Part shown: in pieces, positions 51,426-61,152 of the stretch | Position numbering within the stretch: the first letter of the stretch is position 1 | How the letters are laid out: every line of letters begins with the position of its first letter | Origin: Candidatus Sericytochromatia bacterium | GTDB lineage: Bacteria > Cyanobacteriota > Sericytochromatia > UBA7694 | Assembly: GCA_044356335.1 (NCBI GenBank) | Contig: JBIKWL010000005.1 | Location: forward strand, 10,946 to 74,945 | DNA length: 64,000 bases | Direction: 5' to 3' | The notes under the pieces: model-generated | What the model saw: the letters and a program-made list of their open reading frames with translations, nothing else | What the model was told of the DNA's origin: nothing | Database searches by the model: none | Program-made: the position numbers and the translations under genes

Positions 51426-53249
51426 ATGCAGCTCAGTGAACAACTCAAACACCTGCCTTCTCAGCCTGGCGTCTATTTAATGAAAGGCCCTGAAGGGCAA
51501 TTGCTGTATATTGGCAAGGCCCGTTCGCTGGCCCACCGCGTGCGCTCGTATTTTCAGACCGGCCGCCCCCTGCATGGGCCCAAGATCGAGAAGATGGTCG
51601 AATTGGTGACCCAGATCGAAACCATTCTGACAGATACCGAGGTCGAGGCCCTGGTGCTCGAAGAGCAGTTGATCCGCCAACACCAGCCCCGCTACAATAC
51701 CCTGCTCAAAAACAGCAAAGGTTTTCCGTATATTCGCATCACTTGGCAAGATGCCTATCCACGTGTCGAGATGGTCCGGCAACGCACGGCCAAAGACAAA
51801 TCCCTGTACTTTGGACCCTACCCCAGCGCCAGCGCTGTCAATAGCCTTCTCTACGCTGTACGCGAGATTTTCCCGGTCGAAAAATGCAAAGACCCCCGCA
51901 AAGAAAAACAGGTTTGCATTTATTACCAGATCAAGCGCTGTCTGGGCCATTGCCAAAAAAAGGTCAGCTCCGAAGACTACAAAGACATGTTGCAAGATAT
52001 TCGCCTGTTTCTGGAGGGCAAATCGCCGATTTTGCGCGAAAAACTTGAAGCACGCATGCGCCAACACGCAGGTCTGATGCAATACGAACAGGCCGCCCAA
52101 TTGCGCGACACCCTTGGTGCTTTGCAGCGTTTTATTGTGCCTGCGGGCAAACAAAAAATTGTCGGCAATCCCGAATGGAACCTGGATCTGATTCACATTG
52201 CCCGCAATGCCCTACTCTGCCATGTGGTGGTCTTTCAGGTGCGCGAAGGTCTGCTGCAAACGCCGCTGCCACATACTTTTGCCATTCGTCAGCAGGACGA
52301 AACAGCAGAGATTTTAACCCGCTTTCTCTACCAGTTTTATTCGCGCGATATCGAAGTGCCGCCAGAGATCTTGCTGCCCCAAGAAATCGAGGAGAGCGAA
52401 ATTTTGGCACTGTGGCTGCGCGAAAAACGCGGGGGCAAGGTCAACCTGGGATATCCCCAGCGCGGCGATAAAAAAGCCCTGCTCGAAATGGTCGGCAAAA
52501 ATGTCGAACAGGGCCTCAAAAAAGCCGAGCAAGACAGCCATTACGACCTGGCCGTGGAAGGTCTCGAAGAACTGCGCCAATTGCTGCAATTGGAACAGGC
52601 CCCGGCTTTGATCGAGGGCTTTGACATCTCCCATTTTCAGGGCCAAGAGACGGTGGCTTCGCTGGTGGTGCTCGAAAATGGCATGAGTGCCCGCTCGCTC
52701 TACCGGCGGTATAAAATTCGCAGCGCCGAGGGTGTGCCCAACGACTTTGTCTCGATGGAAGAAGTGGTCACCCGCCGCTACCGCAAGCTGGCCCAGGCAG
52801 GCTTGGCCTTTCCCGATCTGATTCTGATCGATGGGGGCAAAGGCCAAGTCAGCGCAGCGATGCGCGCCTTTGACAAAGCGGGACTTACCCCGCCTGCGCT
52901 GGTGGGGCTGGCCAAACGCGAAGAGCTGCTGATCTTTCCCGATCGCAGCGAGCCCGTGCGCTTGCCGCGCCATTCACCTGCGCTCAAGCTTTTAATGCAA
53001 TTGCGCGATGAGGCCCACCGCTTTGCCTTGACCTATCACCGCAGTTTGCGCAGCAAACGCACCCTCACCTCTGAACTCGATGGCATTGATGGCATTGGCC
53101 CTCATCGCCGTCGCCATTTATTGCAGGTCTTTGGTTCTGTCGATAAAATTAAAGCAGCAGAGATTCAAGAACTGATGCTGACAGGGGGCCTGCCCCGCAA
53201 AGTCGCCCAAACCGTTTATTATCACTTCAGGAAAACACAATCATCATGA
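51426..53249 (+). CDS. uvrC: Excinuclease ABC subunit C
   Basis: GIY-YIG N-terminus (PGVYLMKG...LYIGKA), UvrBC-interaction region and C-terminal HhH. Confidence 0.9.
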   Translation: MQLSEQLKHLPSQPGVYLMKGPEGQLLYIGKARSLAHRVRSYFQTGRPLHGPKIEKMVELVTQIETILTDTEVEALVLEEQLIRQHQPRYNTLLKNSKGFPYIRITWQDAYPRVEMVRQRTAKDKSLYFGPYPSASAVNSLLYAVREIFPVEKCKDPRKEKQVCIYYQIKRCLGHCQKKVSSEDYKDMLQDIRLFLEGKSPILREKLEARMRQHAGLMQYEQAAQLRDTLGALQRFIVPAGKQKIVGNPEWNLDLIHIARNALLCHVVVFQVREGLLQTPLPHTFAIRQQDETAEILTRFLYQFYSRDIEVPPEILLPQEIEESEILALWLREKRGGKVNLGYPQRGDKKALLEMVGKNVEQGLKKAEQDSHYDLAVEGLEELRQLLQLEQAPALIEGFDISHFQGQETVASLVVLENGMSARSLYRRYKIRSAEGVPNDFVSMEEVVTRRYRKLAQAGLAFPDLILIDGGKGQVSAAMRAFDKAGLTPPALVGLAKREELLIFPDRSEPVRLPRHSPALKLLMQLRDEAHRFALTYHRSLRSKRTLTSELDGIDGIGPHRRRHLLQVFGSVDKIKAAEIQELMLTGGLPRKVAQTVYYHFRKTQSS

Positions 53250-53369
53250 TGCGGAAGCTTCGCAAAAATTACAAAAATATCGTTGTTTGGGGCATTATTG
53301 CCTCTTTGGTGCTGAGTATCATCTTTAGTTTGGTTGTCTCAATGGCCACGATTTTTGTACAATAAAGAT

Positions 53370-54554
53370 ATGACATCTCCTTTCTCTTTTCATAAACTCA
53401 CGTTAATCGCATCAGCGGGACTGATGCTGGCGCTCTCGCTGTCTGCGACCGCCCCCTCTTTGAGCGCCCCCTCCAACCAAAAAGTGCGCTCCCAGGTGCA
53501 AGAATTTAAGAACAACGAAGTGCGCATCAAAGAGCTGAAAAACAAGATCCAAGAGCTGGAAAAAAAGGCCCGCAACTCCAAGGAGAATATCTCCGAGATT
53601 CAACAGGAACTCGAAAAAACCAAGCTCGAACTCGACAAAACCAACCGCCGCTATGAGGTCGCCCACAAAGAGGTGGAAGTCATCACCAAACAATTGCTAA
53701 GGGCTGAACAGAGCTGGGAAAGCCGCCTCGACGCCTCGCAAGATCGCCTGCGCGAAATGTACAAATTGCGCCGCTATTCCCAGACCAATCAATTGGTCGA
53801 AGCCCAAAACCTCTCCAGTTTTATGCGCCGCCTGACCTATTTCCGCTATTTGGCCAAACAGGACCAAAACATGTTGGACGAAATGCGCCTGGCCAAAGAA
53901 AAGCTCGAACGCTACCAATACCAGCAAATGCTCAAACGGCAAATTCTTGGCAAAAAAGCCCACGAACAGGCCCAGGCCAAAGCCCTGCACGAATACCAAA
54001 AGCGCAAAGAGCAGCAATACCTGGCCCGCGTGCAAAAAGAAAAGGCCGTCTACGAAAAAGAGATGAATGCCTTAGAGGCTGAATCGCGCCGGATTGCCGA
54101 ATATCTACGCCAGCTCTACGCCGCCCGCAGCGGAGGCGGCAGCCGCATGAGTTCAGTACCTCTCGGCAGTGGCCGTTTTACCTCCCCCGTGCCCGGCGCG
54201 GTCATGACCTCGCCCTTCGGCTGGCGCACCCACCCGATTTTTGGCACGGCCCGTTTACACACCGGCATTGACTTTGGTGTTGGTTCCGGCACACCGATTC
54301 GGGCCGCCGACCACGGCGTGGTGATCGATGCCTCTTGGATGGGCGGCTATGGCAAAGCAGTCATGGTGGATCATGGTCAGGGTCTGGTCACCCTCTACGC
54401 CCACACCTCAGCTTATTACGTGACTGTCGGACAGCGTGTGCGCAAGGGCCAGATCATTGCCGCTGTGGGCAGCACAGGTTATAGCACAGGCCCCCACTTG
54501 CACCTCGAAGTACGCAAAAACGGGAATCCGATTGATCCACGGCCTTTCTTTTAG
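53370..54554 (+). CDS. M23 family metallopeptidase with an N-terminal coiled-coil (EnvC/NlpD-like)
   Basis: Signal peptide, then long coiled coils. C-terminal HTGIDFG...GSTGYSTGPHLHLEV. Confidence 0.7.
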   Translation: MTSPFSFHKLTLIASAGLMLALSLSATAPSLSAPSNQKVRSQVQEFKNNEVRIKELKNKIQELEKKARNSKENISEIQQELEKTKLELDKTNRRYEVAHKEVEVITKQLLRAEQSWESRLDASQDRLREMYKLRRYSQTNQLVEAQNLSSFMRRLTYFRYLAKQDQNMLDEMRLAKEKLERYQYQQMLKRQILGKKAHEQAQAKALHEYQKRKEQQYLARVQKEKAVYEKEMNALEAESRRIAEYLRQLYAARSGGGSRMSSVPLGSGRFTSPVPGAVMTSPFGWRTHPIFGTARLHTGIDFGVGSGTPIRAADHGVVIDASWMGGYGKAVMVDHGQGLVTLYAHTSAYYVTVGQRVRKGQIIAAVGSTGYSTGPHLHLEVRKNGNPIDPRPFF

Positions 54555-54578
54555 GGCCGCGTTAAAATTTGCCCAGGC

Positions 54579-55067
54579 CTATTTCGGCAAATACTTCTTC
54601 AGCTCTCGGCCAATGCTCTCAGGGCTGTCTTGGGGTGCGTAGCGTTTGATCACCTTGCCATTGGCATCGACCAAAAATTTGGTGAAATTCCATTTCACAT
54701 CTTTGCTGCCCAAAAGACCCGGAGCCTGGGTTTTGAGGTAATCATAAAGCGGGTGAGAATGGGAGCCGTTGACGTCGATCTTGGCAAACATCGGAAAGCT
54801 GACGCCATAATTCAATTGGCAGAACGAGGCAATCTCTGCTTCGTTGCCAGGCTCTTGCGCGCCAAACTGGTTGCAGGGAAAGCCCAAAATTTCCAGACCC
54901 TGCGCATGGTATTCTTTGTAGATTTTTTCGAGACCGTCGTATTGCGGGGTAAAACCGCATTTGCTGGCAGTATTGACGATCAGCAGCACCTTGCCTTGGT
55001 AGGTCTCCAAGGGAACCGTTTCACCTTGGATATTTTTGACTTCAAAATGATAAATGGAAGGGCTCAT
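54579..55067 (-). CDS. Glutathione peroxidase (Cys-type)
   Basis: LIVNTASKCGFT, GLEILGFPCNQFGAQEPG and WNFTKFL motifs. Confidence 0.8.
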   Translation of the reverse strand: MSPSIYHFEVKNIQGETVPLETYQGKVLLIVNTASKCGFTPQYDGLEKIYKEYHAQGLEILGFPCNQFGAQEPGNEAEIASFCQLNYGVSFPMFAKIDVNGSHSHPLYDYLKTQAPGLLGSKDVKWNFTKFLVDANGKVIKRYAPQDSPESIGRELKKYLPK

Positions 55068-55152
55068 AGATATTCTCCTCTTGCACGTTTCTTTGCACGT
55101 TTGCACCCATAGGCTCACCATAACATGGGTTCAAGCCTGACTTAAAGCAGAC

Positions 55153-55956
55153 TCAGGCGATCTCAAAACAGGCGGCCAGAGCCGGTGCACCGTATTCCGC
55201 CGCCCCCACCCGCACGCTTAAATTGGGCAAAATCTGAATATCACAGGGGTTGTGGGTATGACCGGCCAAGACCTTCACCTGGCTCTGCGGGTAGAGCGGC
55301 AGCAGCTCTGCGAGCAAATCCCCCACGGCTTTGCAGGTAAAATGCGGGGCCCAATTGTCATCGGCGATGTCTGTGCCATAGAGGCAGGCTTCGCGAAACG
55401 GCGGGGGATGCATCAGCAAATAGACCTGCCGAAATTCCTGTAAAGCCTGCTTTAAGCGGGGCCGCAACCAAGCAGCAGCCTCATCACCGAGTTGGTTTAA
55501 AAGCGCCAAACGCCCGGATTCACCGGCTTGGGCAAACTCTGAAATCAGGCGATAGTCTTTGAGCTTGATCGTCGAAGTAGCATAATCGCCGTGGCGACCA
55601 TCCGACCAGCCATCATGGCCGAGCAGGCAGGTCGAAGGGGAGAGAGGAACCAAACCAGAAGCCGGCATCCAGCGCAACCATTCAGATTGCTGACTTAAGC
55701 TGGCCATGGCCCTGCGCACCTCAGCGATGCTGCCATGGTAATAATCGTGATTGCCCAAGATAAAATAGACGGGAATCTGCAGTTCTGCTGCCAAGTCAGA
55801 CAAATAACCAGCCACATTCTGGGATTCTGCCAAATCACCGGTCAGGCACAGGGCCTGAGGGTTTTGGGCCTGAATGCTGTATGCAAAAGCAGCAATCACC
55901 TCGGCATCGCAATGATCGAGGTGAATATCTGTGGCCCAGGCCAAAAGTCCTGCCAT
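55153..55956 (-). CDS. Metallophosphoesterase (calcineurin-like)
   Basis: GDLAE...GNHDYYHG and GHTH motifs. Confidence 0.65.
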   Translation of the reverse strand: MAGLLAWATDIHLDHCDAEVIAAFAYSIQAQNPQALCLTGDLAESQNVAGYLSDLAAELQIPVYFILGNHDYYHGSIAEVRRAMASLSQQSEWLRWMPASGLVPLSPSTCLLGHDGWSDGRHGDYATSTIKLKDYRLISEFAQAGESGRLALLNQLGDEAAAWLRPRLKQALQEFRQVYLLMHPPPFREACLYGTDIADDNWAPHFTCKAVGDLLAELLPLYPQSQVKVLAGHTHNPCDIQILPNLSVRVGAAEYGAPALAACFEIA

Positions 55957-55961
55957 GTAAT

Positions 55962-56951
55962 CTAAAAAACAACCAATTCCTGGTGTGAGCCAGGGAAGGC
56001 GATATCTTCAATCCGGTAGGTCACACCATCGGGATTAAAGCGCACGCGGCTGACGCGATTCTGCTGATTGTGAGAGACATAGAGCTGTTGGCCGTCTTGC
56101 GAAAGGGCTGCATAGCGGGGCAAAGCGTGGGGCAGGGTGATCGGGGACAAGCGGTTGATCTGTTTGTCTTCGATTTGATAGCGCTCAATTTTATCGTTGA
56201 TACTGGCAAAGATCGAACGGCCATTGCGGGAAATCAGACCACTGTAGAGGTAGTTCTCGGAGCCTTTGGCCTGGGCAGTTTTATAACCCAGCTCACCCGT
56301 TTTGTAATTAAACGAGTAATTGACAGAATAGGTCTGGCGACTGGCCAGATTCACGGTGGTACGGGTCATCGATGCGGCACCAAAGTGCAAAATCTGCAAA
56401 TCTTGGGTCTGGGCGCCATATTGTAAGGTGCCTGGCTGAAAATCATAGACCACAGGCTGCCAGCCGTAGGCCCGCAGATCGTAGCTAAACAGAGCGGGAC
56501 GTTTGTTTTGCATGCCCACAGCATAGAGTTTGCCATTTTGAATTAAAAAATCTTCGGTTTCAAGGCCGACTTGAGAAAAAGACAGCAGACGGCGAACCTG
56601 ACCATCGAGGACATTCACTTCGTAGAGAGTTTGATCGGTACTGCCCTGAGCGACAGAATTGACATAGAGCTTGCCTTCAGCCTGAACGCCATCCATGCTT
56701 TTGACTTTGCCTGGCACCATCACCGAGCGTACGCCCTGTTGGTTCAGATCGAGAATTTTGACAATCGAGTGGCCTTCACGGGCTTCGATGCTACAGAGGT
56801 AGCGGTCTTGGTTCTTGGCGGCCTGGGCAGGCGCGGTATTTAAAGCTCTGACTTGAGCAGGGGCCAAGACAGGAGCGGAGGAACAGGCCGTGATCAAGCT
56901 GCTGATAACGAGGGCCAGCGAAAGAAACGCTGGAATTTTGAATACGGACAT
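55962..56951 (-). CDS. Hypothetical lipoprotein, possibly a beta-propeller; the sequence ends in F
   Basis: Signal peptide followed by ITACS lipobox. Repetitive beta-rich sequence. Confidence 0.45.
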   Translation of the reverse strand: MSVFKIPAFLSLALVISSLITACSSAPVLAPAQVRALNTAPAQAAKNQDRYLCSIEAREGHSIVKILDLNQQGVRSVMVPGKVKSMDGVQAEGKLYVNSVAQGSTDQTLYEVNVLDGQVRRLLSFSQVGLETEDFLIQNGKLYAVGMQNKRPALFSYDLRAYGWQPVVYDFQPGTLQYGAQTQDLQILHFGAASMTRTTVNLASRQTYSVNYSFNYKTGELGYKTAQAKGSENYLYSGLISRNGRSIFASINDKIERYQIEDKQINRLSPITLPHALPRYAALSQDGQQLYVSHNQQNRVSRVRFNPDGVTYRIEDIAFPGSHQELVVF

Positions 56952-57292
56952 TGCGATTAACCCAAAATAAACTTTATCGTGTTTTTACTAGTTTTTTACT
57001 ATGTCTTAATCTTATCATAATCATTTTTAAAAGAAAAGATCCGTTTGCCCATTTTTTTAGATTTTCGGGGTTATTTTTGCCAAAACCCGGTTTTTGAGGG
57101 TCTTCAAATGGTGGCAAAACGGGATAGGAAGCTCAACAAGCGGCTCATCTTAAATTGGATGCAGCTTGTTTACAGCCCACTCTATCAGTGGCATTATTAA
57201 AAACCACAATGCAACAAATACGAAGCAACATCCTTTAAGCTGGTCACAGACATTTAAATCCAATCCTTTTTGTATCGAAAGAGTAGTCCTTT

Positions 57293-57748
57293 ATGAAAAA
57301 GCAGCTTACAGTATGCCTCTCTCTCCTTTTATATTGCACTCTTGGTACTAAAGCCCATGCCTTGAGCGAAAAATATCAACATTTAACGTTGAAAGAAAGA
57401 GAGTCAGTTTTTCAGACTCTGAGAATGGACGAATCGACTTTTTTTCCGGAAAACTTGATTCCCTTTGGTTTTGCTTCTTTTTCGCGTGGCGACATTCTAA
57501 CAGGTACGGCAGTTTGCTTAATGGATGCTGCCACCGTATTTATTGTAGCCATTGGTAATGGCTGGACAATAGGAGCGGCACCAATAGGGTACGTTTTAGG
57601 AAGAGGTATTGGCCTGTTTACGATGGGAGTACATATCCCTGAGTACAATAATCAGTTGAAGCGCGATCTGGGTATCGATACGACTCTAAGTCTAGATAAA
57701 ATAAGTACTGGCCACATTCAACTGGCTACTTATCAATTCACGTTCTAA
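57293..57748 (+). CDS. Small exported protein with a Gly-rich hydrophobic segment, located in the AT-rich islet
   Basis: Signal peptide. Internal AVCLMDAATVFIVAIGNGWTIGAAPIGYVLGRGIGLF. Confidence 0.4.
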   Translation: MKKQLTVCLSLLLYCTLGTKAHALSEKYQHLTLKERESVFQTLRMDESTFFPENLIPFGFASFSRGDILTGTAVCLMDAATVFIVAIGNGWTIGAAPIGYVLGRGIGLFTMGVHIPEYNNQLKRDLGIDTTLSLDKISTGHIQLATYQFTF

Positions 57749-57760
57749 GCCCTTTAATGA

Positions 57761-58381
57761 ATGAGTAACAAAAATAACATGAATAAATTACTCCTGGTCA
57801 CCACGCTATTTTTATCCGGCTGCGCCACAACACAACAGTGGAAATATGTTGCTATCTATGAAAAGGCTTTTAAGCAAGTCTTAGTAGATGGCGAGAAACA
57901 AGCTCTTGATGTTGATTTACCCTTGAGTTTCAAAGATAAATTTATCAAAATTTCGCTCAAGCCGGAAAGGTTTGGGGTGTTTTTGTATCTTGAAAACTTA
58001 ACCAGTAAAACCATTCAAGTGATTTGGAATGACTCAGTTATTTACTTAGAGCATCAGCCTTTGGCCATTCTTCCAACAGAAGCGACTGCTTACTCCTCGT
58101 ATAACGGACAGCATATTAGCCTGATTCCGCCAGGTGCTTTCTTCAAGCAAACGGCAGCACCTTTAAAGGATATAAACACTTTTCTGAGTTCAAATACAGA
58201 TTTACATCCCCTTTACACAGAAAAAGCGCGCCAAGAAATGAAAGAAGAATTCTACAACTATGTAAATGGTAAAAAACAGTCGGAAATATATGATCTCATG
58301 TTAACCCTCGAAATTGAAGGAGTCAAAAAAGAGTACTTTTTTGAGTTTTACATATCAAGTGCAAAAATTGTTGAGTTATAA
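57761..58381 (+). CDS. Hypothetical lipoprotein in the AT-rich islet
   Basis: LFLSGC lipobox. Confidence 0.4.
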   Translation: MSNKNNMNKLLLVTTLFLSGCATTQQWKYVAIYEKAFKQVLVDGEKQALDVDLPLSFKDKFIKISLKPERFGVFLYLENLTSKTIQVIWNDSVIYLEHQPLAILPTEATAYSSYNGQHISLIPPGAFFKQTAAPLKDINTFLSSNTDLHPLYTEKARQEMKEEFYNYVNGKKQSEIYDLMLTLEIEGVKKEYFFEFYISSAKIVEL

Positions 58382-58398
58382 CCCTAAAGAGGAAAACC

Positions 58399-59193
58399 TT
58401 ACTCCAAGGTCTTGGTAATCTTGCTCTTGAGCAAGGTAAACAGACCAGAGGCTTTGTACGCTTTGTCGAGCAATAAGCTGCCAACAGCGCCACCGGCCAC
58501 AGCGGCGATGGTGATCGGCAGTCCACCGGCTCCTGCCAAGGTCACGCCCAGGCTGGCCATACCAGAGAAAACACTGGCACCCATCCCGGATAAAAAGCCA
58601 CCGACAGTATCAGCTGCGACATTGCCCACAGCCTCTTTGGCAGTTTGGCGACCAGAGATGGTTTCAAAGGTATTGGCGAATAAAGAGGTACCGGCATTGA
58701 TGGCGCTGGAGATGCCGCCTGCTTTGATTGAAATCACACCCACCTGTTTGAGACCGCCCGCCAAACCTTTAAAGGCCTGACCAAATTGGCCGTTGATAAA
58801 GCCACTTTTGACATTCTGATAAGTGGTGTGGGTGATGGTGGCAACTTCTCCACCGTAGCGATAGCCGACATAACCACCGGAAAGGGTGCGGCCAACCAAG
58901 CTGCCAATAGCCGAAAAACCTCGGGGATTATTGCTGAAAGAAGTGGTGTCCTGATAGACGTAGCCGCCACCGTCTTTGATACCGGTGAGCTGGGCAACAA
59001 CTTTGTTATACCGATTTTGTTCAGCTGTGTCAGGAACATAGCCGTACTCCATCTTTTTGTCGAGCTTCTTGGCCCATTCAATCTCCTCACGGGAGACAGG
59101 CGCCATCACCGGCGCGGTAACGGTACCGGCGGTGGGACTCTTGCCCAGGGCGGGCAGAGAAGGCGTAGTGGGGAGAGCGCTTAAAGTTGTCAT
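58399..59193 (-). CDS. Gly/Ala-rich glycine-zipper protein, paralog C; shares ADTVGG and the zipper domain with paralogs A1 and A2
   Basis: VGNVAADTVGGFLSG motif. C-terminal GxxxG ladder. No signal peptide. Confidence 0.6.
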   Translation of the reverse strand: MTTLSALPTTPSLPALGKSPTAGTVTAPVMAPVSREEIEWAKKLDKKMEYGYVPDTAEQNRYNKVVAQLTGIKDGGGYVYQDTTSFSNNPRGFSAIGSLVGRTLSGGYVGYRYGGEVATITHTTYQNVKSGFINGQFGQAFKGLAGGLKQVGVISIKAGGISSAINAGTSLFANTFETISGRQTAKEAVGNVAADTVGGFLSGMGASVFSGMASLGVTLAGAGGLPITIAAVAGGAVGSLLLDKAYKASGLFTLLKSKITKTLE

Positions 59194-59304
59194 TGTGTTT
59201 ATTAACCTGTTTAAGTTATCGAAAGAACAGGTTAAGATCTTGCTTGTTTTTAGTTAAGAAAACCCTTTATTTTGGGGACTTTGCTGCCACTTAAATAGAA
59301 AAAA

Positions 59305-59347
59305 GACCTAAAAAAAAAGACCTGGTCTGCAAGATGCAGTTCCAGGT
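59305..59347 (-). terminator. Rho-independent terminator on the - strand, after glycine-zipper gene B2
   Basis: On the - strand the sequence reads gacctgg-N16-ccaggtc followed by T9. Confidence 0.65.
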
Positions 59348-59382
59348 CAGAGGGAGTAATGTAGAGTTAAAAGTGTTTTAGC

Positions 59383-59970
59383 TTAAAAGGAGTCAGTCAG
59401 GGGCTTGGCGAGTTGACCGCCAAGCACGCCACCCACAGCACCAAAGGCCACGGTGGCAATGGTTAAAGGAATACCAGCCAGGCCCAGAGAGCCCAAGGCC
59501 AGATTGCCCAGACCGCCAATGGTGACAGCACCGAGACCACCCACGGCACCGCCGATGGTGTCTTTCATGACATTGCTCACCGCTGTGCTGCCATCGGTGC
59601 TGCCAGAGGCAATGCCCACGCCGTTGGTCACAACCGAGACACCGGCACTGACCAAAGCCGACAGACCAGCGCCTTTGAGACCCGTCAATGCGGTGTTTTT
59701 CAGACCTGTCATAAAGGTCTTGCCGAAAATAGATTTGATATTCTGACCCATCTGATTGCCCAGTTTGTGGGCGGCAAAACCGCCTCCGGCGGCATTGGCC
59801 ACCATTGAGCCAATTGAAGAGAAATCGCCACCAAAGGCACCGCCGCCTGTATCGCCGGTCGAAGGGGTATAAGGTGAATAAGGGGTGTAGTTGCTGGTTT
59901 GTACGCTGGGAGCAGTCGCCGTATAGGGATTGGATCCAATGCCTGTTAAACTCATTTTGATAAACTCCAT
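59383..59970 (-). CDS. Gly/Ala-rich glycine-zipper protein, B-type paralog (B2)
   Basis: C-terminal GGLGAVTIGGLGNLALGSLGLAGIPLTIATVAFGAVGG is shared with B1. Confidence 0.6.
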   Translation of the reverse strand: MEFIKMSLTGIGSNPYTATAPSVQTSNYTPYSPYTPSTGDTGGGAFGGDFSSIGSMVANAAGGGFAAHKLGNQMGQNIKSIFGKTFMTGLKNTALTGLKGAGLSALVSAGVSVVTNGVGIASGSTDGSTAVSNVMKDTIGGAVGGLGAVTIGGLGNLALGSLGLAGIPLTIATVAFGAVGGVLGGQLAKPLTDSF

Positions 59971-60037
59971 TACTCTTTTAAAATCTTTGTAAAATCTTTG
60001 TAAAATCTTTAAATCCGTTTAGTTCTTGAAACAGAAC

Positions 60038-60766
60038 TTAATAACCGTAAGCAGGCTGTTGGTAATAACCCGCAGGTGCTGCAACAGGATCGGTTCCGCC
60101 AAAAGCTTTGCGCATCGTTCCTGCGAGGTTATCGCGCAGACCACTGGAATTGTAGAGGTAGTTCACACCAACCGAGCCAAGGGCTCCAGCCGCAGCCGCA
60201 GCAACGGTCAGAGGGATACCCGCCAAACCGAAGGAACGCAGAGCCAAGCTGCCCAAACCAGCACTGATACCGGCACCGGCACCGCCGAGCAAACCGCCGA
60301 CAGTATCTGCAGCCACATTGCCACCGGCATCGGCTTTGCTCATTTCTCCGCGGGCAGCGGCTGCGCCGTTTTGCACCCCGGAGATCAAACCGCTGACCAA
60401 ACCGCCAATACCTGCCGATTTGAGGGTGGCCATACCTAAATTTTTGAAGCCTGCGCCCATGCCCTGACTTTTAAAGGACTTAAAGGCATCAGAGACTTGA
60501 TTGTGCATCATGCCGCCGGTGATACCACCAGAGAGAATGCCACTGATCAGATTAAATCCATTACCTGTGGTACTCACAGGATAAACAGAAGGAGGATAAG
60601 GTTGGGTCTGCTGATAGCTATCGCCAGAAAAGACCCCAGCGACCTGATTGATCGCGCCATCTACGGCATATACTGCGGGAACCATAGTATTGACAGCGCC
60701 TTGAACAGCACCAGCTGTATAAACTGCCTGATTAAATCCATTGACCAATCCGTCAACTCCACCCAT
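60038..60766 (-). CDS. Gly/Ala-rich glycine-zipper protein, A-type paralog (A2)
   Basis: N-terminal MGGVDGLVNGFNQ...AVYAVDGAINQVAGVF and the ADAGGNVAADTVGGLL motif are shared with A1. C-terminal tail YYQQPAYGY. Confidence 0.6.
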   Translation of the reverse strand: MGGVDGLVNGFNQAVYTAGAVQGAVNTMVPAVYAVDGAINQVAGVFSGDSYQQTQPYPPSVYPVSTTGNGFNLISGILSGGITGGMMHNQVSDAFKSFKSQGMGAGFKNLGMATLKSAGIGGLVSGLISGVQNGAAAARGEMSKADAGGNVAADTVGGLLGGAGAGISAGLGSLALRSFGLAGIPLTVAAAAAGALGSVGVNYLYNSSGLRDNLAGTMRKAFGGTDPVAAPAGYYQQPAYGY

Positions 60767-61089
60767 GGTTCAATCTCCTTTGATCTTCTGTTAACCGTAA
60801 ATTTGTTTTCTTAGTTTAAATATCGCCAAGCCCCCCAAGATCTTGTGAGAGCAAGGTTAAGAAGCTATTAATCTTAGAGAAAGTTTTGAATAATAAATTT
60901 TAAGGCAGGATTAAGTCCAAACAATAGAAGCAAATTATTAGAACCAAAACAAAACAAAAACAAGGCTACCATTTGCATTGACACCTTTCCCCAAGAAAAT
61001 TAAATCCCTGTCATTGAAAGATTAACAAAGCATGAAGGCGCTGTTTTGGGCCGGAATAACCCGATCTTAACCCCGTTAAAAAGCAGCCA

Positions 61090-61119
61090 ATAAAAAAGCA
61101 GACACACAATGTGGTCTGC
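61090..61119 (-). terminator. Rho-independent terminator on the - strand, after glycine-zipper gene B1
   Basis: On the - strand gcagac-N10-gtctgc followed by TTTTTTATT. Confidence 0.5.
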
Positions 61120-61152
61120 CGAGGGAGTATGAGATGAGTCAGAAATTTGAAT

